Part shown: one piece after another, positions 8,530-17,315 of the stretch
Layout: every line of letters begins with the position of its first letter
Position numbering within the stretch: position 1 is the first letter of the stretch
Assembly (NCBI RefSeq): GCF_004365815.1
Contig: NZ_SODD01000005.1
Location: forward strand, 30,001 to 62,000
DNA from: Breznakia blatticola
Lineage (GTDB): Bacteria; Bacillota_I; Bacilli_A; Erysipelotrichales; Erysipelotrichaceae
Direction: 5' to 3'
Length of the DNA stretch: 32,000 nucleotides
Notes under the pieces: generated by a model
Databases searched by the model: none
The model's input: the letters and a program-made list of their open reading frames with translations, nothing else
What the model was told of the DNA's origin: nothing
Translations under genes and position numbers: made by a program

Positions 8530-10467
8530 TTAGTTTTCCTCCCAGATAATACGTAAAGCTAAAGGTTCTAATGTCAATGATGTTGTTTCTGTAGTGGAAA
8601 ACAACACCTTATAGTTGTGTAATGGTAAATCAAAGGTACATGTATCTTTCAAATTTGCATTTGCTAGAATGTACAAGCGTTGTTTATCATCTTGAAAATG
8701 GAAGATGATTTCATCTTTATTTGGTGTAGTTAAATAAGCAACATGCTCTTTTTTTGTAAGTAGTTCACGATAGGTATCTTTAATCTTTGCGATTTGCATA
8801 AGCGTATCCATAAATGGTTCGTAATCATTTAGATAATGAAATTCATATTTATCGAACAATGCGAGTTTCTTATAGTATGGATCATGTTCTTCAAGTGCAT
8901 ATAATGTATGCTCATCTACATCAACACCAGTATTCATCGCTTGTTTTTCTAGCAATTCTTGTCCCGAATTCATAAAAGGGGCAAAATTGTAGGCAAATTG
9001 ATTAAGAATACTAATAAGCATACTTGTTTTATATCCACCTTTACGTGAGATAAGTCGTGGGGTATCGTGTGTTTCACCTGAAGCAAAAACCAAAGTAGGT
9101 AAACTCATACCATTGTAATAGAAATCACGTGTTAATTGCTCATCAAAACGATGGGTGTGATAAAATCCATCTCCAATAATGAGATCATAGCCAAGACGTT
9201 TCGCTTTTGTTGCGCTGTTTTTGTTTGCTGCTAATTCTTCAGCAATGAAGTAAAAATCAGATTTACATGCTTTGGCTTTCTTGATAATCAACTCCGTTAA
9301 TGGTTCAGGAAGTGCATGTCCCATATCAATTCTAGCCCCATCCAAACCAAAGTTTTCGATATAGTAAGGAAGGATATCACTTAATACATCCCATAATGGT
9401 TGATTTGGAATTTCACCTGGAAATAGATTGGCTTTTATTGTGTCAAAAAGAATGTATGGTGTTGTAATGTCTGTTAAGTGTTTGTCCTTTACAATCTTTG
9501 GTTGGTCCATATACATTCGAAAGAATGTTACATCACTCCATGCAGGTTGCACATCATTCAGTTGATCACTGAAGGCAGGAGCAACAGTCATTTGAAATTC
9601 TTGACGAATTAATTCCAGTGGATTGTATTGTGGATTTGCTTTATATGTAGCAACAAGTTTTTCCCATTTTTTTGGATTGCGAATACTTGGTGCTTCTTTA
9701 AATTTTGCAATATGTTCATGCGTTTCTTTTGCAGCATATAAGGGTTCGATATATTTTTCTTCAATTGGTGTAGTTGGTGGGATTCCATCAACTCGTGGTG
9801 GTTTGTAATCATCTAAATCTTGTAGATCAATCCAATAAAACCAATCTGGATGTGATATAAGCAAGGTTGTATTTACAGAGTTTGTTCGTGGAATAATATC
9901 AAGTACAACACGCATACCAAGAAGATGACATGCTTCAATAAATGCTTTGAACTGTTCATCGAGTGTCATTTCATCTTTTGTGATAGGATCAAATAAATCT
10001 TTATCAATGGTAAAGAAATCACTTACGCCATAAACAGAGCCAAGTTCACCTTTTTTATCCATGCGTGAATACTGCATGATAGGTAATAAATAGATCACAT
10101 TGATTCCCATTGCTTTTAGTGTTGGTAAATAGGCAATCATTTTGACAAATGTACCAGTTTCCTTAAAGCCTTCGCGATTCATTACATCGAGTTGCTTATC
10201 TTGATTGTGATCAAAAGTTGTTGATGTACGTATCATTGTTGAATAGTAATATGCATCTTTATAATCTTGGATTTGCGGTTGTGGATGACTGATAATATAG
10301 TCGATTTGTTCCTTATAGTATTGGTATGGTTGCACACAAAATACTTTTTCATTTTCATGTTTGTGATGGATATAGGTCCATGCTTTAGGAACATAGTATG
10401 GAGAACATGTTTCATGTTCGTATGTTTGTAATATATTTCTTAATTTTGTTAGAGCAGTATATTTCAT
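8530..10467 (-). CDS. GH13 alpha-amylase-family enzyme, atypical subfamily
   Basis: 645 aa. GH13 regions are readable: GARIDMGHALP (nucleophile Asp), FIAEE (acid/base Glu), GETHDTP (Asp). Region I reads VVLDIIPRTNS rather than DxxxNH. Stop TAA 8530-8532 abuts the glgP ATG at 8529. Confidence 0.8.
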   Translation of the reverse strand: MKYTALTKLRNILQTYEHETCSPYYVPKAWTYIHHKHENEKVFCVQPYQYYKEQIDYIISHPQPQIQDYKDAYYYSTMIRTSTTFDHNQDKQLDVMNREGFKETGTFVKMIAYLPTLKAMGINVIYLLPIMQYSRMDKKGELGSVYGVSDFFTIDKDLFDPITKDEMTLDEQFKAFIEACHLLGMRVVLDIIPRTNSVNTTLLISHPDWFYWIDLQDLDDYKPPRVDGIPPTTPIEEKYIEPLYAAKETHEHIAKFKEAPSIRNPKKWEKLVATYKANPQYNPLELIRQEFQMTVAPAFSDQLNDVQPAWSDVTFFRMYMDQPKIVKDKHLTDITTPYILFDTIKANLFPGEIPNQPLWDVLSDILPYYIENFGLDGARIDMGHALPEPLTELIIKKAKACKSDFYFIAEELAANKNSATKAKRLGYDLIIGDGFYHTHRFDEQLTRDFYYNGMSLPTLVFASGETHDTPRLISRKGGYKTSMLISILNQFAYNFAPFMNSGQELLEKQAMNTGVDVDEHTLYALEEHDPYYKKLALFDKYEFHYLNDYEPFMDTLMQIAKIKDTYRELLTKKEHVAYLTTPNKDEIIFHFQDDKQRLYILANANLKDTCTFDLPLHNYKVLFSTTETTSLTLEPLALRIIWEEN

Positions 10468-10628
10468 AAGATGACCTCTTTATCTGTTATATAAAAATGG
10501 TAGGCTATTCACTGTTGAATTGCAATCGAAATAAATTAAAGTTGAAAGGATATATATCATTTTATGCAATGAACTTCTTTTTCGATTGATGATATACTTA
10601 GTATATTGGAATATGAGGAGTTATTGTT

Positions 10629-12296
10629 ATGGACAAACATACAACATATAAGTGGTGGAAAGAGGCAGTTGGATATCAAATTTATCCAAAGACGTTTTAT
10701 GATGCAAATCATGATGGACACGGAGATATTCAAGGGATTATTGAAAAGCTACCTTACTTTCAAGCACTAGGTATTGATTTTCTTTGGATTTGTCCATTCT
10801 TTGATTCACCATTAGATGATAATGGCTATGATGTGCGTGATTACTACAAAGTCCATGAAAACTTTGGAAGTATGCAAGATATCAAAACGTTGATCACAAC
10901 AGCAAAGAAATATAACATTCGAATTATTGTGGATTTAGTTTTGAATCACACATCAGATGAACATGCTTGGTTTATGGATGTAAAAAACAATCCAGATAGT
11001 AAATATCGAGATTACTATATTATTCAAAAAGCAAACCAAAAGATGCCACCAAATAACTGGGGAAGTTTCTTTGGTGGAAGTGCATGGGAAAAACTAAATG
11101 ATGATGAATACTATTTAAAAATATTCTCTAAAAAAATGCCGGATTTAAACTGGGCAAATAAAGAACTACGAAGTGCATTGTATCAGATTGCTTTGTGGTG
11201 GTTAGAACTAGGTGTTGATGGCTTTCGTATTGATGCAATTGCACATATCGCAAAAGATACAACGTATGAAAATTCAACACTTAAAAGTGAAACAATGTTT
11301 GTCTCAGATTGGTCAAAGTTTTCAAATTTACCACAGGTACATGCATACATTCGTGAATTTCATGAAGAAGTTTTGGCACCAAATGATGCATTTGCAGTCG
11401 GTGAAGTGGGTGGTGATCCAAGTATTGAGGATGTCTTAAAGTATTGTGCATTTGATCGTAAAGAATTAGATGTTACATTTACATTTGATCATATGTGGTG
11501 TAATAACATTGACACAGCAACATCACTAGCAAACCTTAAAACAAATGTACAAGAATTAAAAGAGAAACTGGAGTACTGGCAAGTATCTTTGATTAAGAGA
11601 GCTTGGTATCCATTATATTGGAATAATCATGATTTTAATCGTGTCGTTTCAAATTATGGAAGTCAAAAATATCCGCAACAATCCGCGAAAGCATTAGCAA
11701 CACTTATGTATGGAATGTGGGGAACCATGTTTATTTATCAAGGGGAAGAAATCGGAATGGAAAACTATCCATTTACGTCAATTGACCAATTTGAAGATGT
11801 ACAAGCTAAAGGTCAATATGCAGCAACACCAACATCACAAAAAGAAGCATTTTTAAAGAAACTCATTATGACATCTCGAGATAATGTGCGAACTGCTATG
11901 CAGTGGGATGATACGACAAATGCCGGGTTTTCACCAGTAAAGACAGATATCTTAATACATCCAAAGTATAAAGAAATAAATGTTCAACAACAGATGCAAG
12001 ATCCAAACTCCGTATGGCAGTATTATAAAAAAATTATCAAACTTAAGAAATCTAATAAAACATTCATCTATGGTGATATTGTTTTTAAAGATGTCATTGA
12101 TGAACAAGTCATTCAATATGAGAGATTTGATGATACCAATCACTATCTTATTATTGTTAATCTAGGCGAATATGAGTGTGTAATTGAAATACCAAAAGTA
12201 ATATCGATTGTACTAACAAATACAAGTGTAACTGCAATTTGCGAAACAACACTTACATTAGCAGCTTATGATTCCTATATTCTAAAAATCAAATAG
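10629..12296 (+). CDS. Oligo-1,6-glucosidase / alpha-glucosidase family (GH13)
   Basis: 555 aa. N-terminal WWKEAVGYQIYPKTFYD. Canonical GH13 regions DLVLNHTS, GFRIDAIAH, GEV and WNNHD. Confidence 0.9.
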   Translation: MDKHTTYKWWKEAVGYQIYPKTFYDANHDGHGDIQGIIEKLPYFQALGIDFLWICPFFDSPLDDNGYDVRDYYKVHENFGSMQDIKTLITTAKKYNIRIIVDLVLNHTSDEHAWFMDVKNNPDSKYRDYYIIQKANQKMPPNNWGSFFGGSAWEKLNDDEYYLKIFSKKMPDLNWANKELRSALYQIALWWLELGVDGFRIDAIAHIAKDTTYENSTLKSETMFVSDWSKFSNLPQVHAYIREFHEEVLAPNDAFAVGEVGGDPSIEDVLKYCAFDRKELDVTFTFDHMWCNNIDTATSLANLKTNVQELKEKLEYWQVSLIKRAWYPLYWNNHDFNRVVSNYGSQKYPQQSAKALATLMYGMWGTMFIYQGEEIGMENYPFTSIDQFEDVQAKGQYAATPTSQKEAFLKKLIMTSRDNVRTAMQWDDTTNAGFSPVKTDILIHPKYKEINVQQQMQDPNSVWQYYKKIIKLKKSNKTFIYGDIVFKDVIDEQVIQYERFDDTNHYLIIVNLGEYECVIEIPKVISIVLTNTSVTAICETTLTLAAYDSYILKIK

Positions 12297-12299
12297 TAA

Positions 12300-12340
12300 A
12301 ATGCGCACCTATCGAATTGATAACGTGCGCATTATTTATA
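12300..12340. terminator. Hairpin terminator between convergent genes
   Basis: Perfect 9-bp stem AATGCGCAC (12300-12308) / GTGCGCATT (12325-12333). T/A-rich flanks on both strands. Confidence 0.65.
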
Positions 12341-12346
12341 ATTATT

Positions 12347-12796
12347 CTACTTTGATTCTAAAACGTGAATTTCAAAATTAGCAGATCCATCAAATGTTAA
12401 TTGATATGCAATGATGTACGCATCACTTTCATCTTCATTATACTCTTTTGCATAACATTGAATCATCATTTCATTTTGTTTGTCATCTGCTTCACTATCT
12501 TCTAAAAAATGACAGGTGTCATCTAAACTACTTTGTATTGACTTTGGTGTATTACCAGTTCCAATTGAAATTGCACCATCTTCAGTAATGATAGTCGTTG
12601 GTGAATAAGTAACAGATTTTCCATCAATTTCACTTGTTAGGACAAGTTCAAATGTTTTTGTTTCTACACCGCTTATCGATTGTGTAGATAGATTCTTACT
12701 TTCTATTCTTGGATTACTGGCTTGATATGTAGACTTTGAATTACTACATGAACACAATAAACAAATTAGCAGTGATACCATAATGATTTTCTTCAT
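12347..12796 (-). CDS. Small secreted lipoprotein, function unknown
   Basis: 149 aa. Signal peptide MKKIIMVSLLICLLCSC with a lipobox-like LCSC. SD GGAGG upstream. The mature part is acidic and Ser/Thr-rich. Confidence 0.7.
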   Translation of the reverse strand: MKKIIMVSLLICLLCSCSNSKSTYQASNPRIESKNLSTQSISGVETKTFELVLTSEIDGKSVTYSPTTIITEDGAISIGTGNTPKSIQSSLDDTCHFLEDSEADDKQNEMMIQCYAKEYNEDESDAYIIAYQLTFDGSANFEIHVLESK

Positions 12797-12920
12797 ACAT
12801 TAACCTCCTTTTTTCTGTTGCGATAAAAAATGTACTCTTTAATAAATAGTATATATTTATAATGACATGCATTATTTAAGTTGTCAATACTGTATTATAT
12901 TGTTTATTAATTAGATTATT

Positions 12921-13040
12921 TCATTCAAAGAGTTTGTAGTATGTTTTGATGAACGAGAAAGAAAATATCAATATTTTAGGTTTTATAGTTAAACTTATAA
13001 TTATATTAGTTAGTAAATAAGACAAGTGAAAATTTTTCAT
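12921..13040 (-). CDS. Candidate 39-aa small hydrophobic protein (not in ORF track)
   Basis: ATG at 13040-13038 lies 7 nt after a strong SD, GAGGAGG. Translation: MKNFHLSYLLTNIIISLTIKPKILIFSFSFIKTYYKLFE*. No homology could be assessed. Confidence 0.3.
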   Translation of the reverse strand: MKNFHLSYLLTNIIISLTIKPKILIFSFSFIKTYYKLFE

Positions 13041-13137
13041 GACACTACCTCCTCTGCAATTTGACAGATTACTTTATTACTTTTTAATAAATAGTAATAT
13101 TGATAAAATAAAACACTTAGTTTGCGTGACAAATATC

Positions 13138-13166
13138 TTTACATACTTAAGTGCTTTTCCTATAAT
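13138..13166 (+). promoter_or_regulatory. Sigma-A-type promoter TTTACA-N17-TATAAT
   Basis: TTTACA at 13138-13143, a 17-nt spacer, and TATAAT at 13161-13166. It sits 20 nt upstream of ATG 13187. Confidence 0.6.
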
Positions 13167-13186
13167 TATTTTAGAGGTTTGATCGT

Positions 13187-13870
13187 ATGAGAAACACAAA
13201 AGAAATAATTAACACTGCAATAAGTAATACTCATTTTGTATTGTCGAAAAACAAAGATACTCGTAATATATCGAAATATATGAAATATCTTTTCTTTTTC
13301 TATTTTATCGCATCTGCAATATTATATATATACCAATCAATTATGCGCATAAATGGACTTTATCAGAGTGAACTATATTATTCGATATATCGAATAATGC
13401 TGATATCATTTTATATAGTAATTCCATGCTTATATTATTATCTTGTTAAGCGAAATAAAATGAATTTATCTGATAAAAATTTCTTGTACTCATTTATGAT
13501 AATACCGATTTTGTTGTCATTTAATAGTCTCGTTTTTATTCTTATATACTATTTTGATTCAATTATAATGTATTATATGCATTTAATGATACCGTTGGAA
13601 GTAATTATTATGATAGCTGCTTTTTTACTTATATATAACTTTACGAAAAGAAAGGCTTTTTTAATACCTATTATTTTTTTGTTAATCTATTTTGCATGTG
13701 TTGTTTATGTAAGGATAACTATGGAGACAGCGGTTGAATTGACAGATTATTTTCTTTTTATAGTTAAAATGAACGATTGTTTTGTTTGGTTTGAAGGTTT
13801 TAATATAATTCCGATTATTTCTTTATTGTATTGCTGGTTATTATTGAGAAGTGCTAAAGATGTCGACTAA
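13187..13870 (+). CDS. Polytopic membrane protein, function unknown
   Basis: 227 aa, very Ile/Tyr/Phe/Leu-rich, with about six hydrophobic segments. Overlaps the downstream regulator gene. Confidence 0.65.
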   Translation: MRNTKEIINTAISNTHFVLSKNKDTRNISKYMKYLFFFYFIASAILYIYQSIMRINGLYQSELYYSIYRIMLISFYIVIPCLYYYLVKRNKMNLSDKNFLYSFMIIPILLSFNSLVFILIYYFDSIIMYYMHLMIPLEVIIMIAAFLLIYNFTKRKAFLIPIIFLLIYFACVVYVRITMETAVELTDYFLFIVKMNDCFVWFEGFNIIPIISLLYCWLLLRSAKDVD

Positions 13871-14156
13871 ACTTCTTCAGACGTCAAAGGTATTCGAATC
13901 AAATATTCGTTTGCAAATGATCGCAAGCCTTTCAGTATCTGATTTAACATATCGCGAATTAAAAGATATTTGTGAATGCTCAGATGGTAATATGACGACT
14001 CATACAAAAAAGTTAATCGAAAATGATTATATCTCTGTTAAAAAAGAGTTTATTAACAATAAGCCGCAAACTACATATTCGTTAACAAAGAAGGGAAGAC
14101 GTGAATTCTTAGAATATGTAAATATACTAAATAGTCTTACTACAGGAAGCAAATAA
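13851..14156 (+). CDS. Small winged-helix transcriptional regulator (HTH_34/ArsR-like fold)
   Basis: ~100 aa. The segment LTYRELKDICECSDGNMTTHTKKLIENDYISVKKEF..KPQTTYSLTKKGRREF reads as helix-turn-helix plus wing. The start may be ATG 13860 rather than GTG 13851. Confidence 0.7.
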   Translation: MLKMSTKLLQTSKVFESNIRLQMIASLSVSDLTYRELKDICECSDGNMTTHTKKLIENDYISVKKEFINNKPQTTYSLTKKGRREFLEYVNILNSLTTGSK

Positions 14157-14339
14157 TGAAGATTTCAATATTAATTTACTTAACGAGTTTATTTTTGAAT
14201 TTGTAAAGAATGGTTTAGATGATTTTTATGCTAACTATATAAAATTGATACAAAGAGAAAATAGTATAACTGTAATTGTTAATGAACGAAACACTATTAC
14301 ATCGATGGTAAATTGTATCGTTCTAGAGATATTGCAGTA
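14131..14339 (+). pseudogene. Startless 69-codon open frame, likely gene remnant
   Basis: The frame is open from 14131 to TAA 14337-14339 (..EDFNINLLNEFIFEFVKNGLDDFYANYIKLIQRENSITVIVNERNTITSMVNCIVLEILQ*). The only ATG or GTG is near the 3' end. Confidence 0.3.
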
Positions 14340-14400
14340 AGTAAAACCTATATTGTGAACTTTGATTCATAAGGAGTAAAGTATTATCGCGCTAAAAATG

Positions 14401-14437
14401 AACCCGTATAATTTTGTTTGGAGTTATATGGGTTTTT
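14401..14437 (+). terminator. Rho-independent terminator
   Basis: AACCCGTATAA (14401-14411) pairs with TTATATGGGTT (14424-14434). That gives 11 bp with one G.U pair, a 12-nt loop and a trailing T-run. Confidence 0.7.
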
Positions 14438-14788
14438 AATAGATATTATGACAAGTTGTGCGGATACATAATAATGGACATTGTATCCTGCGAGAGTCGC
14501 TATACAAATTTATGACGTTTAAAAAGCGAGAATAAATTGTTAAAAAAAGATCTGCTTCCTTTTTAAATTCGATATTTAATTTTGCTAGCTTCTATAAAAT
14601 TTTCACTTTTAATAAAAAAGTTTTGTCTTGCACTAACTTCAGAATTAATTATTATATTAAACTACTCTTCTTTGCGGAGTTTAGTTATATACTTCGAGAG
14701 TTGAGAAAGTGAAGTATGAATGCTAAAAGCTTGCAAGATATGTTACAAATATGTTCATGACATTTTGCTTGTGTTTCATAGAATACAT

Positions 14789-14816
14789 TTGTACATTACA
14801 TGATTCATGCTATACT
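14789..14816 (+). promoter_or_regulatory. Promoter TTGTAC-N16-(TGc)TATACT for the two-component operon
   Basis: TTGTAC at 14789-14794. Extended -10 TGCTATACT at 14808-14816. It sits 26 nt upstream of ATG 14843. Confidence 0.55.
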
Positions 14817-14842
14817 TTTTTTGAAAGTGTAGGGAATAGAAT

Positions 14843-16519
14843 ATGGCTGGAAGCAAATTTAAAGAGCGTTTGCTTCGTAGTTCCTTATTGAAAATTATTC
14901 GATTACTTGTAATCGTTTCTATTGTTTTTGCTGTTGGATTTTTGGGAGTGACGATGGCAAAAAATGAATTTAAAGCGGATCATAATTTAGATATGATGCG
15001 TGATTTTTTTCAATCGAATTACGATAATGCAAAAGAGTTCTTGACCAATGATGCGCAACAAGAAATATTTAGAGAAATATTAGAAGATGAGACATCACAA
15101 ATCGTTTTAGAAGGTAAGTTAAATCAATACAATAATAAAAATGATCTTACAGCAAAAGCGATATTGTTTGATGTACATGGAGAAGTAAAATATTCAACAT
15201 ATAGTGAACATGAGCTCTCAAGAGCTTTATTATCACATAGTATTCTCGTAAGTAATAATGCAAGAGGATTAAAAACGGAAGATGTTTATACTTCTACGTA
15301 TTTTAAACAAGCACGTGGTTTTTCTGATTATATTATGATGAAAGAAATCGCGGATGAACAAGGGCAAACTCTCGGGTTTATGACGTTGTATTTGTCTGGT
15401 GAAGACTGGAGTTATTATATGTCATTTTATAACTGTGATGGAGTGATTACGGATAGTAATGATATTGTCATATTCTTTAATGAACCAAAAGTACTGCAAA
15501 ATGATTACTACTTTTACACAAATGATAAAAGTGTAAAAATTCGTGATGATCGCTATTGGGTAATAAAGAAATATTCGCAAAAATATGATGTGAATTTCTA
15601 TTCTATGGTATTTAACCCAACAAGTTATGAAATTCCTTTTGCTTTGATGATGGTCGCAATCATAGGTATTTTGTGGTATCGAGCAATCAAAGATATGGCA
15701 AATACAATGGCAGATAAGAATTCAAAATCTATTAGTTTGCTTGCTAGTGAGATTGATATTATTAAAGATGAGAATCCTGAACATCGTATTGCAATTTCAA
15801 CGCAAGATGAATTTGAAGCAGTAGCAAACCAAATCAACACATTGCTTGATAGAGTACAGGAACTGCATAATGAAAATACACAATTACTTGAACTAAATAA
15901 TATGGTCGAGATGAAACAACTGACAGCTCAGTTTAATCCACATTTCTTATATAATACACTAGAGATTTTAAGGAATTTATGGGCTGTGGATAAAGAAAGA
16001 GCAGATCGTCTTATTTATCAGTTAACACAAGTATTACGATATAGCATCAATAACGCGAAACGCGATGTACAACTTGCAGAGGATATGATTTATATCAATC
16101 ACTATTTAGAAATACAAAAATTACGTTATGGTGATCGATTTGAATGTAGTATTGATATTGAAGATAATTGTTACACATGTGTGATTCCAAAGTTACTATT
16201 ACAACCAATGATAGAAAATAGTATCAAGTATGGATATCTAAAAGTAAAGAAACTAAAGATTCAAATTCGAGCATATATGAATGATAATGTGCTATACATT
16301 ATGATCAAAGATAATGGGCATGGTATGGAACATGATCGAGAACTTGAAATGCAAGAATATATTAAGGGGACACAAGAAGCTGAAGAGTCTTTTGGTTTGT
16401 ATAATGTTGCTAGACGCTTAGAGTTGCAATATGCAGGAGTCAGCGGAATTGAACTTGTCAATGAACAGGGAATTGGATTAGAAGTATGGATAAAAATAGA
16501 ACAATCAAAATTGGGGTGA
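14843..16519 (+). CDS. Sensor histidine kinase, YesM/LytS-like (His_kinase + HATPase)
   Basis: 558 aa. Two TM segments flank a ~230-aa extracytoplasmic domain. Phospho-acceptor region QFNPHFLYNTLE. ATPase boxes QPMIENSIKYG and IKDNGHGM. Confidence 0.9.
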   Translation: MAGSKFKERLLRSSLLKIIRLLVIVSIVFAVGFLGVTMAKNEFKADHNLDMMRDFFQSNYDNAKEFLTNDAQQEIFREILEDETSQIVLEGKLNQYNNKNDLTAKAILFDVHGEVKYSTYSEHELSRALLSHSILVSNNARGLKTEDVYTSTYFKQARGFSDYIMMKEIADEQGQTLGFMTLYLSGEDWSYYMSFYNCDGVITDSNDIVIFFNEPKVLQNDYYFYTNDKSVKIRDDRYWVIKKYSQKYDVNFYSMVFNPTSYEIPFALMMVAIIGILWYRAIKDMANTMADKNSKSISLLASEIDIIKDENPEHRIAISTQDEFEAVANQINTLLDRVQELHNENTQLLELNNMVEMKQLTAQFNPHFLYNTLEILRNLWAVDKERADRLIYQLTQVLRYSINNAKRDVQLAEDMIYINHYLEIQKLRYGDRFECSIDIEDNCYTCVIPKLLLQPMIENSIKYGYLKVKKLKIQIRAYMNDNVLYIMIKDNGHGMEHDRELEMQEYIKGTQEAEESFGLYNVARRLELQYAGVSGIELVNEQGIGLEVWIKIEQSKLG

Positions 16520-16523
16520 AAAT

Positions 16524-17315
16524 GTGGTATATAAAGTATTAGTAGTAGAAGATGAAGAAATTATTAGAAAAGGGTTAATCTACAATACAAACTGGGCAGC
16601 ATTAGATTGTGTTGTGATTGGTGAAGCAGGAGATGGTGAAGAGGCAATTGAAGCAATCAAAAGCAAAGAACCAGATATTGTGCTTGTGGATGTAAATATG
16701 CCTGTAGTGAATGGATTAGACATGTTAAAGGCAACAAAAGATTACTCATATGTGGCAATTGTACTTTCTGGATATGCTGAGTTTAGCTATGCACAAGAAG
16801 CAATACGACTTGGAGTAACTCGCTATTTAACCAAACCCGTGCAGGAACAAGAATTGGTTGCAGCAATTACTAGTGCAAAAAAGAAAATTCAAAAAAATCG
16901 TTTCGTATCAGAAAATCAAGAAGAACTACAAAAAGTAAAAGAGATGGAAGTTATAGCAATTCCAAAAGCTGCACATAAGGATGAGTTGGTAGAGAAAATG
17001 CTCAACTACATCGATGCGTATTACCAGGATCGTATTCAAATGCGTGATTTAGCAGATGCATTTAATTATAGTGAGGTATTTCTTAATAAGCGATTTAAAC
17101 ATGTAGTAGGGACAACTTTTATTGATTTCTTAAATAAATATCGTGTTCAAGTTTCATTGAAGTATTTAAAGGAGAAACAATACACACTTGAAGAGATTGG
17201 TGCATTTGTTGGTATACCTGATCCAAAGTACTTTCGTGTTGTATTTAAGCGCTATGTAGGATATAGTCCACGCGAGTTTATTACAATTTTAGAACAAACA
17301 ACAGAAACAAGATAG
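16524..17315 (+). CDS. Response regulator with AraC-type HTH output (YesN-like)
   Basis: 263 aa. Receiver domain (VLVVEDEE...VLVDVNMP...TKP). C-terminal AraC/XylS HTH (LADAFNYSEVFLNKRFKHVVG...GYSPREF). GTG start follows SD GGGGTGA. Confidence 0.9.
   Translation: MVYKVLVVEDEEIIRKGLIYNTNWAALDCVVIGEAGDGEEAIEAIKSKEPDIVLVDVNMPVVNGLDMLKATKDYSYVAIVLSGYAEFSYAQEAIRLGVTRYLTKPVQEQELVAAITSAKKKIQKNRFVSENQEELQKVKEMEVIAIPKAAHKDELVEKMLNYIDAYYQDRIQMRDLADAFNYSEVFLNKRFKHVVGTTFIDFLNKYRVQVSLKYLKEKQYTLEEIGAFVGIPDPKYFRVVFKRYVGYSPREFITILEQTTETR

Noticed and set aside
14438-14788. Riboswitch or T-box leader upstream of the histidine kinase
   Set aside because: Only small hairpins are visible (e.g. GGATACA/TGTATCC at ~14462-14488). 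I could not find a T-box core or any riboswitch consensus by eye, and a sensor kinase is not a typical riboswitch target. A covariance-model scan would be needed to exclude this.
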